Positions 1 to 8,809 of a DNA stretch of 64,000 bases are shown piece by piece; position 1 is the first letter of the stretch, and each line of letters starts with the position of its first letter. Source of the DNA: an uncultured Candidatus Peribacteria bacterium (GTDB lineage Bacteria > Patescibacteriota > Gracilibacteria > UBA1369 > GWF2-33-10); contig CAZEDK010000001.1 in assembly GCA_964511025.1 (NCBI GenBank), positions 24,191 through 88,190 of the forward strand, written 5' to 3'. Made by a program: the position numbers and the translations under genes. The notes below the pieces were generated by a model. That model searched no databases. It saw only the letters and a program-made list of their open reading frames with translations, and had not been told where the DNA came from.

Positions 1-1560
1 CTGATTTACAAGCACGTCTTCAAAACGATAAGCTACAACTGATTGACCACCTATCTGAAAATCCCAAACCGACTGGCATGAATCTCCTACACCATCTGTA
101 TTATCATCCTCTTGTAAAGCATTGACATCATCAGGACAATTATCAGTCGAATCAGCAACCATATCGAAATCACTATCAATCAAAGCATCACAAGCATCCG
201 GCACGCTATCAAGATCCACATCTATTGCATCGTCATATCCCTCGCACTGATCTAAAGTATCTATTACGATGTCGCCATCAGTATCTCTTTCGCTCGGACC
301 ACAACCAACTACATTCACTTGAGAAATTTCTGAAGCATCAGTATTCATACATTCGTCAGCACTATCAGCAATGCCATCTTGATCAGTATCAATAATAGGA
401 TCAATACAGTCCGGTATATTATCGTAATCTAAATCTATTGTGTCATTTTGTCCATCACATACATCATAATCGTCAACCACTCCATCATTATCAGAATCAA
501 AATCACATAGATCTCCAACTCCATCTTGATCAGTATCGCTTTGCTCCAAATTATAATCATAAGGACAATTGTCAACACTATCAGTTACAATATCGAAGTC
601 TGAATCTATTTCAGCAGTACCGGTCAAATCCAGAGAAAGCCCATTCCCATCAGAAGAAACAAAATCAAATAAATCCGTAAAAATCTTATAAGTTTCTCCA
701 TCACCCATATTGTCCTCTGTAGCCAAGAAACTAAATGACATATAACAAAGTTCTCCAGGAAAAATGACTTCATCACAATTCAAAGATCCATCAGCATCGA
801 CTCTCCGCGCTATATTAAAAGGACCTGCAATATCACCGACAGCAACATCAAAAAAATCATAATTCACTTGAGGATTGGCTTCTTTATTACCTGTGTTTTT
901 CAAAGCTAAACCAATAGTGGTACCGACGCCCAAAGCTTGAGGCTCATCTTCAGTCAAATTCAAACTTGTCACGACTGTCATTAAATCATTAATATCAACA
1001 AATTCCCATTTTGATCCTAATCCAAGACCTCTAGCATTAATATCTCTAGTAGCACCAAATTCATCAGTCAAACGCAATGTTGCATTAAATTCTCTACCTT
1101 CAAACGGCGCAAAATTAAATCTTAAAACTGCAGTAGAAGCAGCTGCAGCATCTATTGTTGCCAAAGATGCGTTAGATAGTTCGCCATCAAAATCAAGTAA
1201 ATTAACAGTTCCTAGATTATTTAATGTATAAAAATCTTCAAGATCAAAATAAAAAGCATTACTATCCAGACCTATAAATTGCACCGTAAATGTCGCAGAA
1301 AAATCTGAAATAGAATTAATATCTACGGTTGCCGATTTCATTTCGCCAACAGTCACTTCAGCAAAATCTATATTATCTCTAGCTATAAGTTCATCTAGAT
1401 AAATATTAGCAAATTCAAATTCGTGCGAAATTTCATCGTTCGCATAAAGATCAATCCAGCTCTTGAAAGCAATCAACATAAAAAAAGCTACACAAGTCAA
1501 AATAACAGCTTTAAAAGTTAAAGACTTAGACAGTTCGTTTGGAAAATATTTCTCTATCAT
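1..1560 (-). CDS. Secreted or membrane-anchored protein with thrombospondin type-3-like calcium-binding repeats (N-terminal 520 codons; the gene runs off the left edge)
   Basis: Absent from the ORF track because it is edge-truncated. The reverse strand is open from ATG (1560-1558) to base 1. Hand translation starts MIEKYFPNELSKSLTFKAVILTCVAFFMLIAFKSW (hydrophobic anchor). Further in it reads DNCPYDYNLEQSDTDQDGVGDLCDFDSDNDG, i.e. repeated DxDxDGxxDxxDxC units. Confidence 0.75.
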   Translation of the reverse strand, partial: MIEKYFPNELSKSLTFKAVILTCVAFFMLIAFKSWIDLYANDEISHEFEFANIYLDELIARDNIDFAEVTVGEMKSATVDINSISDFSATFTVQFIGLDSNAFYFDLEDFYTLNNLGTVNLLDFDGELSNASLATIDAAAASTAVLRFNFAPFEGREFNATLRLTDEFGATRDINARGLGLGSKWEFVDINDLMTVVTSLNLTEDEPQALGVGTTIGLALKNTGNKEANPQVNYDFFDVAVGDIAGPFNIARRVDADGSLNCDEVIFPGELCYMSFSFLATEDNMGDGETYKIFTDLFDFVSSDGNGLSLDLTGTAEIDSDFDIVTDSVDNCPYDYNLEQSDTDQDGVGDLCDFDSDNDGVVDDYDVCDGQNDTIDLDYDNIPDCIDPIIDTDQDGIADSADECMNTDASEISQVNVVGCGPSERDTDGDIVIDTLDQCEGYDDAIDVDLDSVPDACDALIDSDFDMVADSTDNCPDDVNALQEDDNTDGVGDSCQSVWDFQIGGQSVVAYRFEDVLVNQ

Positions 1561-1639
1561 ATATGAAATTTACAACTAAAAAAAGGGGCTTACTCTAGCA
1601 CCTTTATTTAAATATTGTCAACTATGTTTTTCTAGGATT

Positions 1640-2257
1640 TCAAGCAGCTTCTTTTGCTGGCTCTGCAGCTACAGGAGCAACTTCTGGTTGCGGCTCTTCT
1701 GCTGTTTCAGTCTTAGGCGCTGATACATTGACAATCACATCATCGGGAGCATCAAGTATTTCAACTGCCTGAGAAACAACTAAATCACTTACATGTACGC
1801 TTGTATGAAAATCCACAAGTTTAGTCACGTCAACTTCAATCTCATGAATCAAATCTTTTGGCAGACATTTAATCTCAACTTCATGCTTATGGTGCAGAAG
1901 TATTCCACCCAAATCAGCTACAGCAGGTGCTTTACCTGTTATAACAATAGGAACCATCGCATGAACCGGCTTATTTTTTTCAATTCTCAGAAAATCTATA
2001 TGCATAATATTATCAGTCACCGGATCATAATCAACGTCATGAACCAAAACATCAAGATGATCTAACCCTTCCCCGTCCAATTGAATTACAGTATTCGTAC
2101 CAGCTTTTGAATACATTTTACGAAAAGTCTGATAATCAACTTTCAAAGAAACAGCATCCTGTTTCGCTCCATAACAAACAGCAGGTATAAAGTTCTCAGC
2201 ACGTAAATATTTAGCATTTTTATCCCGCATAAATGCAGGAAGAATTATATTTTCCAT
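1640..2257 (-). CDS. rplY: 50S ribosomal protein L25 / general stress protein Ctc
   Basis: 205-aa ORF. The N-terminus (RAENFIPAVCYGAKQDAVSLKVDYQTF) and the acidic/Ala-Pro-rich C-terminal tail are typical of long-form L25/Ctc. Confidence 0.88.
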   Translation of the reverse strand: MENIILPAFMRDKNAKYLRAENFIPAVCYGAKQDAVSLKVDYQTFRKMYSKAGTNTVIQLDGEGLDHLDVLVHDVDYDPVTDNIMHIDFLRIEKNKPVHAMVPIVITGKAPAVADLGGILLHHKHEVEIKCLPKDLIHEIEVDVTKLVDFHTSVHVSDLVVSQAVEILDAPDDVIVNVSAPKTETAEEPQPEVAPVAAEPAKEAA

Positions 2258-2402
2258 TATTAATATTGTTCAAATTCAAAGGCAAAAGCGATTTTAAGTG
2301 ACTAATAAAAAAATTGCAATACCATCTTGATAAAAAAGTAAATTAGGCTAAACTTGTAAAGCTAAGTAGCATTATAAAATTTATAATTTAACAATTAATC
2401 AA

Positions 2403-2693
2403 ATGGGAATCTTTGATAAGGCAAAAGACATGTATAAATTACAAAAACAAGCCAAAGATATCAAAAAGAAATTAAAAAATATTCACATAGAAGCAACTGA
2501 AGACAATATAGTGATAGTAATCGACGGTCATCAAGAGGTTGTTTCGGTAAAAATCAACTCTGAAAAAATTGAAAATATAAAAAATCTGGAAAACTCTCTT
2601 ACAAAAGCCTTCAATAAAGCTATCAAAAAATCTCAAGAGATTGCGGCAGTTGAAATGAAAGATGTAATGGGCTCTATGGGACTATCTATGTAA
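2403..2693 (+). CDS. ybaB: YbaB/EbfC family nucleoid-associated protein
   Basis: 96 aa. Lys-rich N-terminal helix (KLQKQAKDIKKKL) followed by IEATEDNIVIVIDGHQEVVSVKI; size and layout match the YbaB/EbfC family. Confidence 0.8.
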   Translation: MGIFDKAKDMYKLQKQAKDIKKKLKNIHIEATEDNIVIVIDGHQEVVSVKINSEKIENIKNLENSLTKAFNKAIKKSQEIAAVEMKDVMGSMGLSM

Positions 2694-2741
2694 ATTTTGA
2701 ATGCTAAATTTTGAATTTCCCGCCAGAATGATTTGAACTAT

Positions 2742-3824
2742 ATGAATAAAAACAAATACACTTTCGGGCTGGTGAATTTTAAAAAAGCACATTGTAGATC
2801 TTTTAAGAAAGATCATTATATTGTTAGAAAAGTGATAATAGGATTAGTTTTAATTTTTCTCATTAGTTTTTTTTGGTATCAACGAGCTATCAATAAACCG
2901 ATTGATCAAAATGACAGAACTAATATCCAATTTATCATAAACAGAGGCGAAAGTAGTAGCACTATTTTAAATAAATTAACACAGCAGCATCTTATAAGAA
3001 GTAAGTTAGCTTTAATGATATATTCAAAAATAAATAATGATTTTGCAACAGAAATAAAGGCTGGAAATTACATTTTAAAAAAATCTTTCAGCGCTGTAGA
3101 AATCATCACAATTCTGACAAGCAACTTAAATAGTCAAGAACTAACAATCACAATTCCGGAAGGATATAAGATAGAAGAAATAGCTGAGTATTTGGAGAAA
3201 TTAGCTCCAAATTTTTCCAGTCAAGATTTTAAAAATGCGGCTCAAATGAAAGAAGAATACTCAAATTATAGTTTTTTAGTCAATTTAAAGAATGGAGACA
3301 GTTTAGAAGGATATCTTTTTCCGGATACGTATAATATATTTGCTAATGCCAGATCGGAAGATATTATCATAAAAATGCTGAATAATTTTGAAGATAAAGT
3401 AGATCAAAATTTACGCAATGAAATTTTGGAACAAGGCAGAACCCTCAATGATATAGTTATTTTAGCCTCGATCATTGAAAAAGAATCTCCGACAAATGAT
3501 ATGTATAAAATCGCCGGAGTGTTCTGGAATCGTCTCAAGGCAGGTTATCGTTTAGAATCGGATGCGACAGTAAACTATGTACTTGGTACAAATAATTTAC
3601 AACCAAGCTTCGAAGCTACGGAAGTACAGCATCCGTACAACACTTATGAAAACGCAGGACTACCTCCGGGACCAATATCTAATCCAGGGTTAAATGCAAT
3701 CAAGGCGGCAATATTTCCCGAAAATCATTCATATTACTTTTTCCTTTCCAAAAAGAACAAAGAAACTGTTTTCTCAAAAACATTTGAAGAACATTTACAA
3801 AACAAAGCAAAATATCTAGATTAA
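2742..3824 (+). CDS. mltG: Endolytic murein transglycosylase MltG (YceG-like)
   Basis: N-terminal TM segment. Motifs LEGYLFPDTY, ASIIEKE, VFWNRL and LPPGPISNPG are typical of MltG. The track ORF starts at TTG 2733; the ATG at 2742 is preferred. Confidence 0.9.
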   Translation: MNKNKYTFGLVNFKKAHCRSFKKDHYIVRKVIIGLVLIFLISFFWYQRAINKPIDQNDRTNIQFIINRGESSSTILNKLTQQHLIRSKLALMIYSKINNDFATEIKAGNYILKKSFSAVEIITILTSNLNSQELTITIPEGYKIEEIAEYLEKLAPNFSSQDFKNAAQMKEEYSNYSFLVNLKNGDSLEGYLFPDTYNIFANARSEDIIIKMLNNFEDKVDQNLRNEILEQGRTLNDIVILASIIEKESPTNDMYKIAGVFWNRLKAGYRLESDATVNYVLGTNNLQPSFEATEVQHPYNTYENAGLPPGPISNPGLNAIKAAIFPENHSYYFFLSKKNKETVFSKTFEEHLQNKAKYLD

Positions 3825-5389
3825 TTTTTTACAATCACAAAACTTAGTTCATTAGTTTTGTTGCCATTTTCATCCAAACCATAAACTGTAAAATAGTTTT
3901 CTCCAGGATTGAGAGTGTTAAATTCAGGTTTAGCGTAATAAGTCCAGGAACTGTCACCCGGATTAAACAAAGTCAACTCCCACCCATTCACCAAAATTTT
4001 TTGTACAGTGCCTGATACGGTTCCAAATACCTGCACTTTATCCGAACTGGTTTCATATCTATTATCCACATTTGTCTCACCGTTAAAAGAAGAGATTCCA
4101 ATTTCTGTTGTCTGCGTAGATTCCTGCAAAGGTTCTGTTGTTTCTACAGGCTCTGTATTTTCTGTGGGCTGAATAGTCTCTTCAGTGTCCAAAGAAGATT
4201 CCTCTATTTCTTGATTCAAAATACCTTCAGGAACTATAATTTCCAAATATATTTTTTCAGAAGCTTTTCCATTTTTATCTTTGGCGAAAATTGTATAAGT
4301 ATTTTTACCTTCACTCAAATTATTCAAACTACTGGAAGCAAAGTACGACCAAGACTGACCACCTGCCTTAAATTTTTGAAGAGTATAATAATCTTTTACC
4401 CCGATACCATTAACCGCCTCTACAGTTATACTTTGCGCATATCCATTTACAGTACCTTGTATATAAATACTATCAGCGTTTAAAGTATAAGATGCTTGTT
4501 TCGGATTAGTAACGTATAGCACTGGAGGATTATCTGGTTCAGGAGGGACCGTTTGATCTTCTATAATATTTTCTGTAGTCTGAGTTTCTTCCTCAATTTC
4601 ATCAGTATTTTTTGGTATCGCTATAAAATCAGTAGGGTTGGCATCTTCTTTCATATTCCACGCATACCAATCCATATCTTCCCATTCATTTGAAATAGCA
4701 ACAATGAGATCCACCACTTTTCTTTCGATAATATCTGAAAGAGCCTGATCAGTTAAACTTAATTCCTGACCCACTCTGACAATATAACTTTCTATAATGG
4801 CGGATTTAGCTTCTTCTATATTTTCAAGGACATCAAACTGTACATTGCCTTGCAATACACGCAACGTTTCATATTCTCTATTTTCCAGAGCAAAAATCGT
4901 ACCAATCGAATAAATTTTACTATTCTCTGTAGTAAAAGTATAATCACCTTCCAGACTGATTTTGTTCATCCATATATCACCATACGAGAGATAAATTTGG
5001 GACACGATTCCATCCTCTTTATAATGATCAAGTTCCTTAACTATAATTTGTGAATTTTCATTCAATCTTACTATATTACCATCATTAAACTGCAAAACAG
5101 CTCTTGTATCCTCTCCTGTTCTTACAGTATCTCCGGCAAAAAGGACTGTATTATTATATGCATGTATCCAGCTACTTTGCTCTGTAGCTAAGATTTCCAA
5201 ATTTTCACCAATGGCATAAAGGACAATTCTTTTATTCAAATCAATAGTATTCCCACCCTTAAATGCAAATATAAGCTGAAAAACCAAAACAACTATGATC
5301 CCAAGACAAATAATAACAACAAAAGGGAACAAAAATTCCTTCCTTTGTCTCTTCCTGCGATAATTATATTGTGGAGTTAAATAATTCAT
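3821..5389 (-). CDS. Membrane-anchored protein with a FecR-like domain and two C-terminal Ig-like repeats (function unknown)
   Basis: N-terminal TM helix (FLFPFVVIICLGIIVVLVFQLIF). FecR-like signature VRTGEDTRAVLQFNDGNIVRLNENSQIIV. Two internally similar beta-rich C-terminal modules (…GTVNGYAQSITV… / …GTVSGTVQKILV…). Confidence 0.6.
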   Translation of the reverse strand: MNYLTPQYNYRRKRQRKEFLFPFVVIICLGIIVVLVFQLIFAFKGGNTIDLNKRIVLYAIGENLEILATEQSSWIHAYNNTVLFAGDTVRTGEDTRAVLQFNDGNIVRLNENSQIIVKELDHYKEDGIVSQIYLSYGDIWMNKISLEGDYTFTTENSKIYSIGTIFALENREYETLRVLQGNVQFDVLENIEEAKSAIIESYIVRVGQELSLTDQALSDIIERKVVDLIVAISNEWEDMDWYAWNMKEDANPTDFIAIPKNTDEIEEETQTTENIIEDQTVPPEPDNPPVLYVTNPKQASYTLNADSIYIQGTVNGYAQSITVEAVNGIGVKDYYTLQKFKAGGQSWSYFASSSLNNLSEGKNTYTIFAKDKNGKASEKIYLEIIVPEGILNQEIEESSLDTEETIQPTENTEPVETTEPLQESTQTTEIGISSFNGETNVDNRYETSSDKVQVFGTVSGTVQKILVNGWELTLFNPGDSSWTYYAKPEFNTLNPGENYFTVYGLDENGNKTNELSFVIVKN

Positions 5390-5438
5390 TGAAATATAAA
5401 TATACCTAGGAAGAAGATTATCATATCAATATCGTATA

Positions 5439-6884
5439 TTACAAACCCATTTCTCGTTTTATCGCATTAACATCTCTCACGAGCGAATAATCCTTTCTAA
5501 GTAATTGATCTATTTTGTCACAAGCGTGCATTACAGTCGTATGATTCTTCCCTCCAAATTCAGTTCCGATTTTCTCAAAAGAATAATTTAACTCCTTTCT
5601 AGCCAAATACATAGACAGTTGACGAGGTCTTAAAATTTCTCTTTTTCTCAAATCTCCTTTGATATCATTACCGGTAATCCTGTAATAACTCGACACAATA
5701 TCAATAACATCATAAACCGTTCTGGCAATACCTTTTTCCGGCACATAATCATAGTTGGAACCTTTTATTTCAACATGTGAATCGAATTTAAGAAGATATC
5801 TCCCAACCATTTTGACAGTAGGTGTTGTATTTTCCAATTTCGCTTTTGCTATCGCTTGCATCAATATTCCTTCAAGAGTTCTTACGTTATCCTGCACATT
5901 ATAAGCAATAAATTCGAGTACTTCCAAAGGAATAATTGCCTGCTGTTCAAGTGATTTCATCTGCAATATCGCAAGCCTGGTTTCATAATCCGGAGCACTT
6001 ACGTCAACCATCATACCCATTTCAAATCGACTCCGGAGCCTGTCTTCTATACCTTTGAGTTCTCTCGGTGATTTGTCGCTACTAAGTATTATTTGTTTGT
6101 GATTGTTATAAAGTTCATCAAAAGTATGAAAAAATTCTTCCTGTGTTCTTTCACGAGAGCCAAGAAATTGAATATCATCAATAATTAAACAATCAATATT
6201 TCTATACTTTTTCTTAATATCACCCATTTTGAAAGTTCGAATACCTTCAACTATTTCATTTACAAAATTCTCAGCAGTCGTATAAACAACAGAATAATGA
6301 GGAAAATTCTCTAAAATCGCATTTCCTGTCGCATGCAACAAATGCGTTTTACCGAGTCCAACTCCACCATATATAAACAAAGGATTGTAATTGCCGCCAG
6401 GCTTATGTGAAACAGCACTGCACGCAGCATGAGCCAAACGAGTCCCCTGCCCTACAACAAAACTTTTCAAAGAATATCTGCAATTGATTTTTTTACTTCT
6501 GATCCCATGAATATTAACTTCATCTTTGTTTGGTAATTTCCTTGGAGAAGGCTTCACATCCTCTTTTATTTTCATATCGCTTTTTTTGATACGAAAAACT
6601 TCCGTATTATCAGGATCAATAAAACTTTCATGCACTTCATATTCAACAGATTCAATAGCCGGATCATATTGAGATAAAACTTGGCATACAACATGATGAT
6701 ATCTGGATAAAATCCATTCTTGTGCATATATATTTGAAAGACCAATAACGCAAACACCACCTTGAATTTTAATAATCGCACTATTGTTAAACCAAGTTAC
6801 AAACATCACTCTATTAGCTACACCTTTTTCAATGTCAACAAGACAAGCTTTCCAAAAAGCCTTATTTGAAGCAAATTGATGCAT
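5439..6884 (-). CDS. dnaA: Chromosomal replication initiator protein DnaA
   Basis: Walker A GGVGLGKTHLLHA, Walker B CLIIDDIQFL, and the C-terminal DNA-binding signature GGKNHTTVMHACDKI. Confidence 0.97.
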   Translation of the reverse strand: MHQFASNKAFWKACLVDIEKGVANRVMFVTWFNNSAIIKIQGGVCVIGLSNIYAQEWILSRYHHVVCQVLSQYDPAIESVEYEVHESFIDPDNTEVFRIKKSDMKIKEDVKPSPRKLPNKDEVNIHGIRSKKINCRYSLKSFVVGQGTRLAHAACSAVSHKPGGNYNPLFIYGGVGLGKTHLLHATGNAILENFPHYSVVYTTAENFVNEIVEGIRTFKMGDIKKKYRNIDCLIIDDIQFLGSRERTQEEFFHTFDELYNNHKQIILSSDKSPRELKGIEDRLRSRFEMGMMVDVSAPDYETRLAILQMKSLEQQAIIPLEVLEFIAYNVQDNVRTLEGILMQAIAKAKLENTTPTVKMVGRYLLKFDSHVEIKGSNYDYVPEKGIARTVYDVIDIVSSYYRITGNDIKGDLRKREILRPRQLSMYLARKELNYSFEKIGTEFGGKNHTTVMHACDKIDQLLRKDYSLVRDVNAIKREMGL

Positions 6885-6962
6885 AGTTTTTTCTAAGGGA
6901 TGAAATACTATCGAAAAAAAAATACAAGTTCAAGTACTCTTAGACATAAAAAATTCAAACTG

Positions 6963-7328
6963 TCATCTAAAATCACCCATTCTATCCAAAATCGCCTCTA
7001 TCGCAGCAAATATTTGAGAATAATATTTTGACTCCAGCTTCCCAATTTTTCTGATAATTCTTCTTTTATCGGCAACTCTTATTTGATCAAACATTAGTTT
7101 TGACATTTCTTCCAAGCCATTTTCTTTATTTGCACTGACAACTATTTCAAATGGATAAATCTTATTAACTTTTTTTGAAGTGAATGGAGCCAATAATACG
7201 GTTTGTGAAAAATTTAACCCGGCATTTGTCTGCAATATCAAACACGGTCTTAAACCTGCCTGCTCAACACCGCAAACAGGATCTAAACTCACAAAACAAA
7301 TATCAAATTGTCTTATATTATTAAGCAT
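6963..7328 (-). CDS. mazF: MazF/PemK-family endoribonuclease toxin
   Basis: 121 aa. FDICFVSLDPVCGVEQAGLRPCLILQTN matches the MazF/PemK N-terminal signature. The start overlaps the upstream antitoxin stop by 8 nt. Confidence 0.85.
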   Translation of the reverse strand: MLNNIRQFDICFVSLDPVCGVEQAGLRPCLILQTNAGLNFSQTVLLAPFTSKKVNKIYPFEIVVSANKENGLEEMSKLMFDQIRVADKRRIIRKIGKLESKYYSQIFAAIEAILDRMGDFR

Positions 7329-7554
7329 TTTCTCTTTGTTTAATTAAACGAGAATAATCATCGAAATCTAGCATAGCAAGCTTAATATCTTCTTCATCTC
7401 TAGACAAAAATCCCTCAATCATGCGCTGCTGCAATATAAATTTTCTATAAATATCCAAAGCTGTATTGATTTGCTCAGATTTATTTTGATAAGAATCAAG
7501 AAATTGCTTATTTGCACGAGTCGCTGAGAATGAAGTGACAACTGTATTTGCCAT
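7321..7554 (-). CDS. Putative antitoxin partner of the MazF-like toxin
   Basis: 77-aa ORF immediately upstream of, and overlapping, the toxin gene. Called from position and size only. Confidence 0.6.
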   Translation of the reverse strand: MANTVVTSFSATRANKQFLDSYQNKSEQINTALDIYRKFILQQRMIEGFLSRDEEDIKLAMLDFDDYSRLIKQRENA

Positions 7555-7692
7555 AATTTAATAGTAAATACTATAAGTACTTGATAGTATACATAGCTAA
7601 TAAGCTAAAATCAAGAAAAAAACTTAAAAAGCTTTACTCATGTAAAATATAAGTGTAAAATCTACTTACAAATTATAATTAAATATATACGT

Positions 7693-7929
7693 ATGAATCA
7701 TGCTATCACAACAACATTGTCAGAACCGATATATCATTTCTTAAAAGAAGAATCCAAAGCACAAAAAACATCGCTCAAGGCTATTATTGAATCTGCACTC
7801 AAAGAATATAAAAAGAAAAAAATTATAAGAGAAGTTGAAGAAGCTTTCAAAGATCCTGAAAGACAAAAGGAGCAAAGAGAAATTTGTAGTCAATTTCGAG
7901 AAGTTCAACTTCAGTCTTTAAGACTTTAA
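7693..7929 (+). CDS. Putative ribbon-helix-helix antitoxin of the second MazF-like module
   Basis: 78 aa. TTTLSEPIYHFLKEESKAQKTSLKAIIESALKEY looks RHH/CopG-like. It ends 2 nt before the toxin start. A TATAAT sits at 7674-7679. Confidence 0.6.
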   Translation: MNHAITTTLSEPIYHFLKEESKAQKTSLKAIIESALKEYKKKKIIREVEEAFKDPERQKEQREICSQFREVQLQSLRL

Positions 7930-7931
7930 TT

Positions 7932-8294
7932 ATGGAAATCAAAAAATATGATATCTGGCTCGCCGATCTGAGTCCAAAAAAAGGTTCAACACAATCAGGA
8001 GTTAGACCTTGTATAATTTTACAAAGCAATCTTTTTAATAAAAATTCCAGCACTGTAATTTTAGTGGCACTTAGCACAAAAAAAATAAAACTTTATTCAA
8101 ATGAATTTATTATCAACGCTTCTTTATCAAATGGACTCAAAGAAAATTCAAGATTTCTAGGCAATCAGATAATTACACTAGATAAAAATTATATTCTCAA
8201 AAAACTAGGTTCACTCGAAGAAAAGTATTACAGCAAAGTCTATGAAGCACTAAATCTCTCACTCGATTTAGAAAATATGTTTTTGGAGTATTAG
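7932..8294 (+). CDS. mazF: MazF/PemK-family endoribonuclease toxin (second copy, divergent from the first module)
   Basis: 120 aa. YDIWLADLSPKKGSTQSGVRPCIILQSN parallels the first toxin. The last base of its TAG stop (G at 8294) is the first base of the inserted MITE. Confidence 0.85.
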   Translation: MEIKKYDIWLADLSPKKGSTQSGVRPCIILQSNLFNKNSSTVILVALSTKKIKLYSNEFIINASLSNGLKENSRFLGNQIITLDKNYILKKLGSLEEKYYSKVYEALNLSLDLENMFLEY

Positions 8295-8453
8295 GGTCTT
8301 GGCAAAAAATAAAACACCTACCTTGCACTATCTTTAGCTTTATTTTCTTTGTTGCAAATCCAGTCATTTATCTCGATAAACTCCTGTATTTGAACAAAAG
8401 AATCTAAAACAAAATCTAGCACAATTTAGGTATCTTATTTTTTACCAAGACCC
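8294..8453. mobile_element. MITE-like element, family 1, copy 1 (160 bp, about 27-bp terminal inverted repeats, TTA direct duplication)
   Basis: Ends are GGGTCTTGGCAAAAAATAAAACACCTA … TAGGTATCTTATTTTTTACCAAGACCC. It is flanked by TTA (8291-8293) and TTA (8454-8456). It differs at only 4 of 160 positions from the reverse complement of 38688-38847. Confidence 0.78.
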
Positions 8454-8556
8454 TTAAGCTTTTTTGAAACTTTTCCGAATTTCAAATAGTGTTAAACTAT
8501 GATATAATTAATAGAAGAGTTCTTTTGAGTAACTACTCACCGCTATTTGCATTCTT

Positions 8557-8689
8557 GTTTGTCATTCCAGACCTGATCTGGAATCCAGTAGGGTAAACTT
8601 GTTTGTATTTCAAATCTAAACAATGTTTCAAGGCTATCGCAACATAATGCGCAATTCCTAGATCCCAGACTGGATCTGGGATGACAAAC
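8557..8689. mobile_element. MITE-like element, family 2, copy A (hairpin-terminated, 133 bp)
   Basis: Left end GTTTGTCATTCCAGACCTGATCTGGAATCC. Right end GATCCCAGACTGGATCTGGGATGACAAAC, the inverted counterpart. Each end is itself an 8-bp-stem hairpin. The internal blocks (CAGTAGGG.AAACT, TATTTCAA, AGGCTATCGC) are shared with 12918-13040. Confidence 0.65.
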
Positions 8690-8739
8690 AATAAAGTTAA
8701 TAAGTTACAAAAAGCAGTGAGCAGTTACCATAAAGTAGT

Positions 8740-8768
8740 TTGACAAAGAGCCAAACTAATGATATAAA
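8740..8768 (+). promoter_or_regulatory. Near-consensus sigma70-type promoter upstream of the 1363-aa ORF
   Basis: TTGACA (8740-8745), a 17-nt spacer ending in TG, then TATAAA (8763-8768), about 42 nt upstream of the ATG at 8810. Confidence 0.5.
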
Positions 8769-8809
8769 TTAAGCTCTAAAAATGAATTTAATAAATTTTT
8801 AACAATCAC

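Noticed and set aside
438-680. 80-aa His/Gln/Asn-rich ORF on the plus strand.
   Set aside because: It lies antisense to the thrombospondin-repeat gene that fills 1-1560. Its odd composition is the mirror image of the Asp-rich repeats. No start context supports it.
4062-4070. Perfect DnaA box TTATCCACA.
   Set aside because: It is a single copy inside the coding region of the FecR-like gene, 1.4 kb from dnaA. One 9-mer match in 64 kb on two strands is about what chance predicts, so it is no evidence for oriC.
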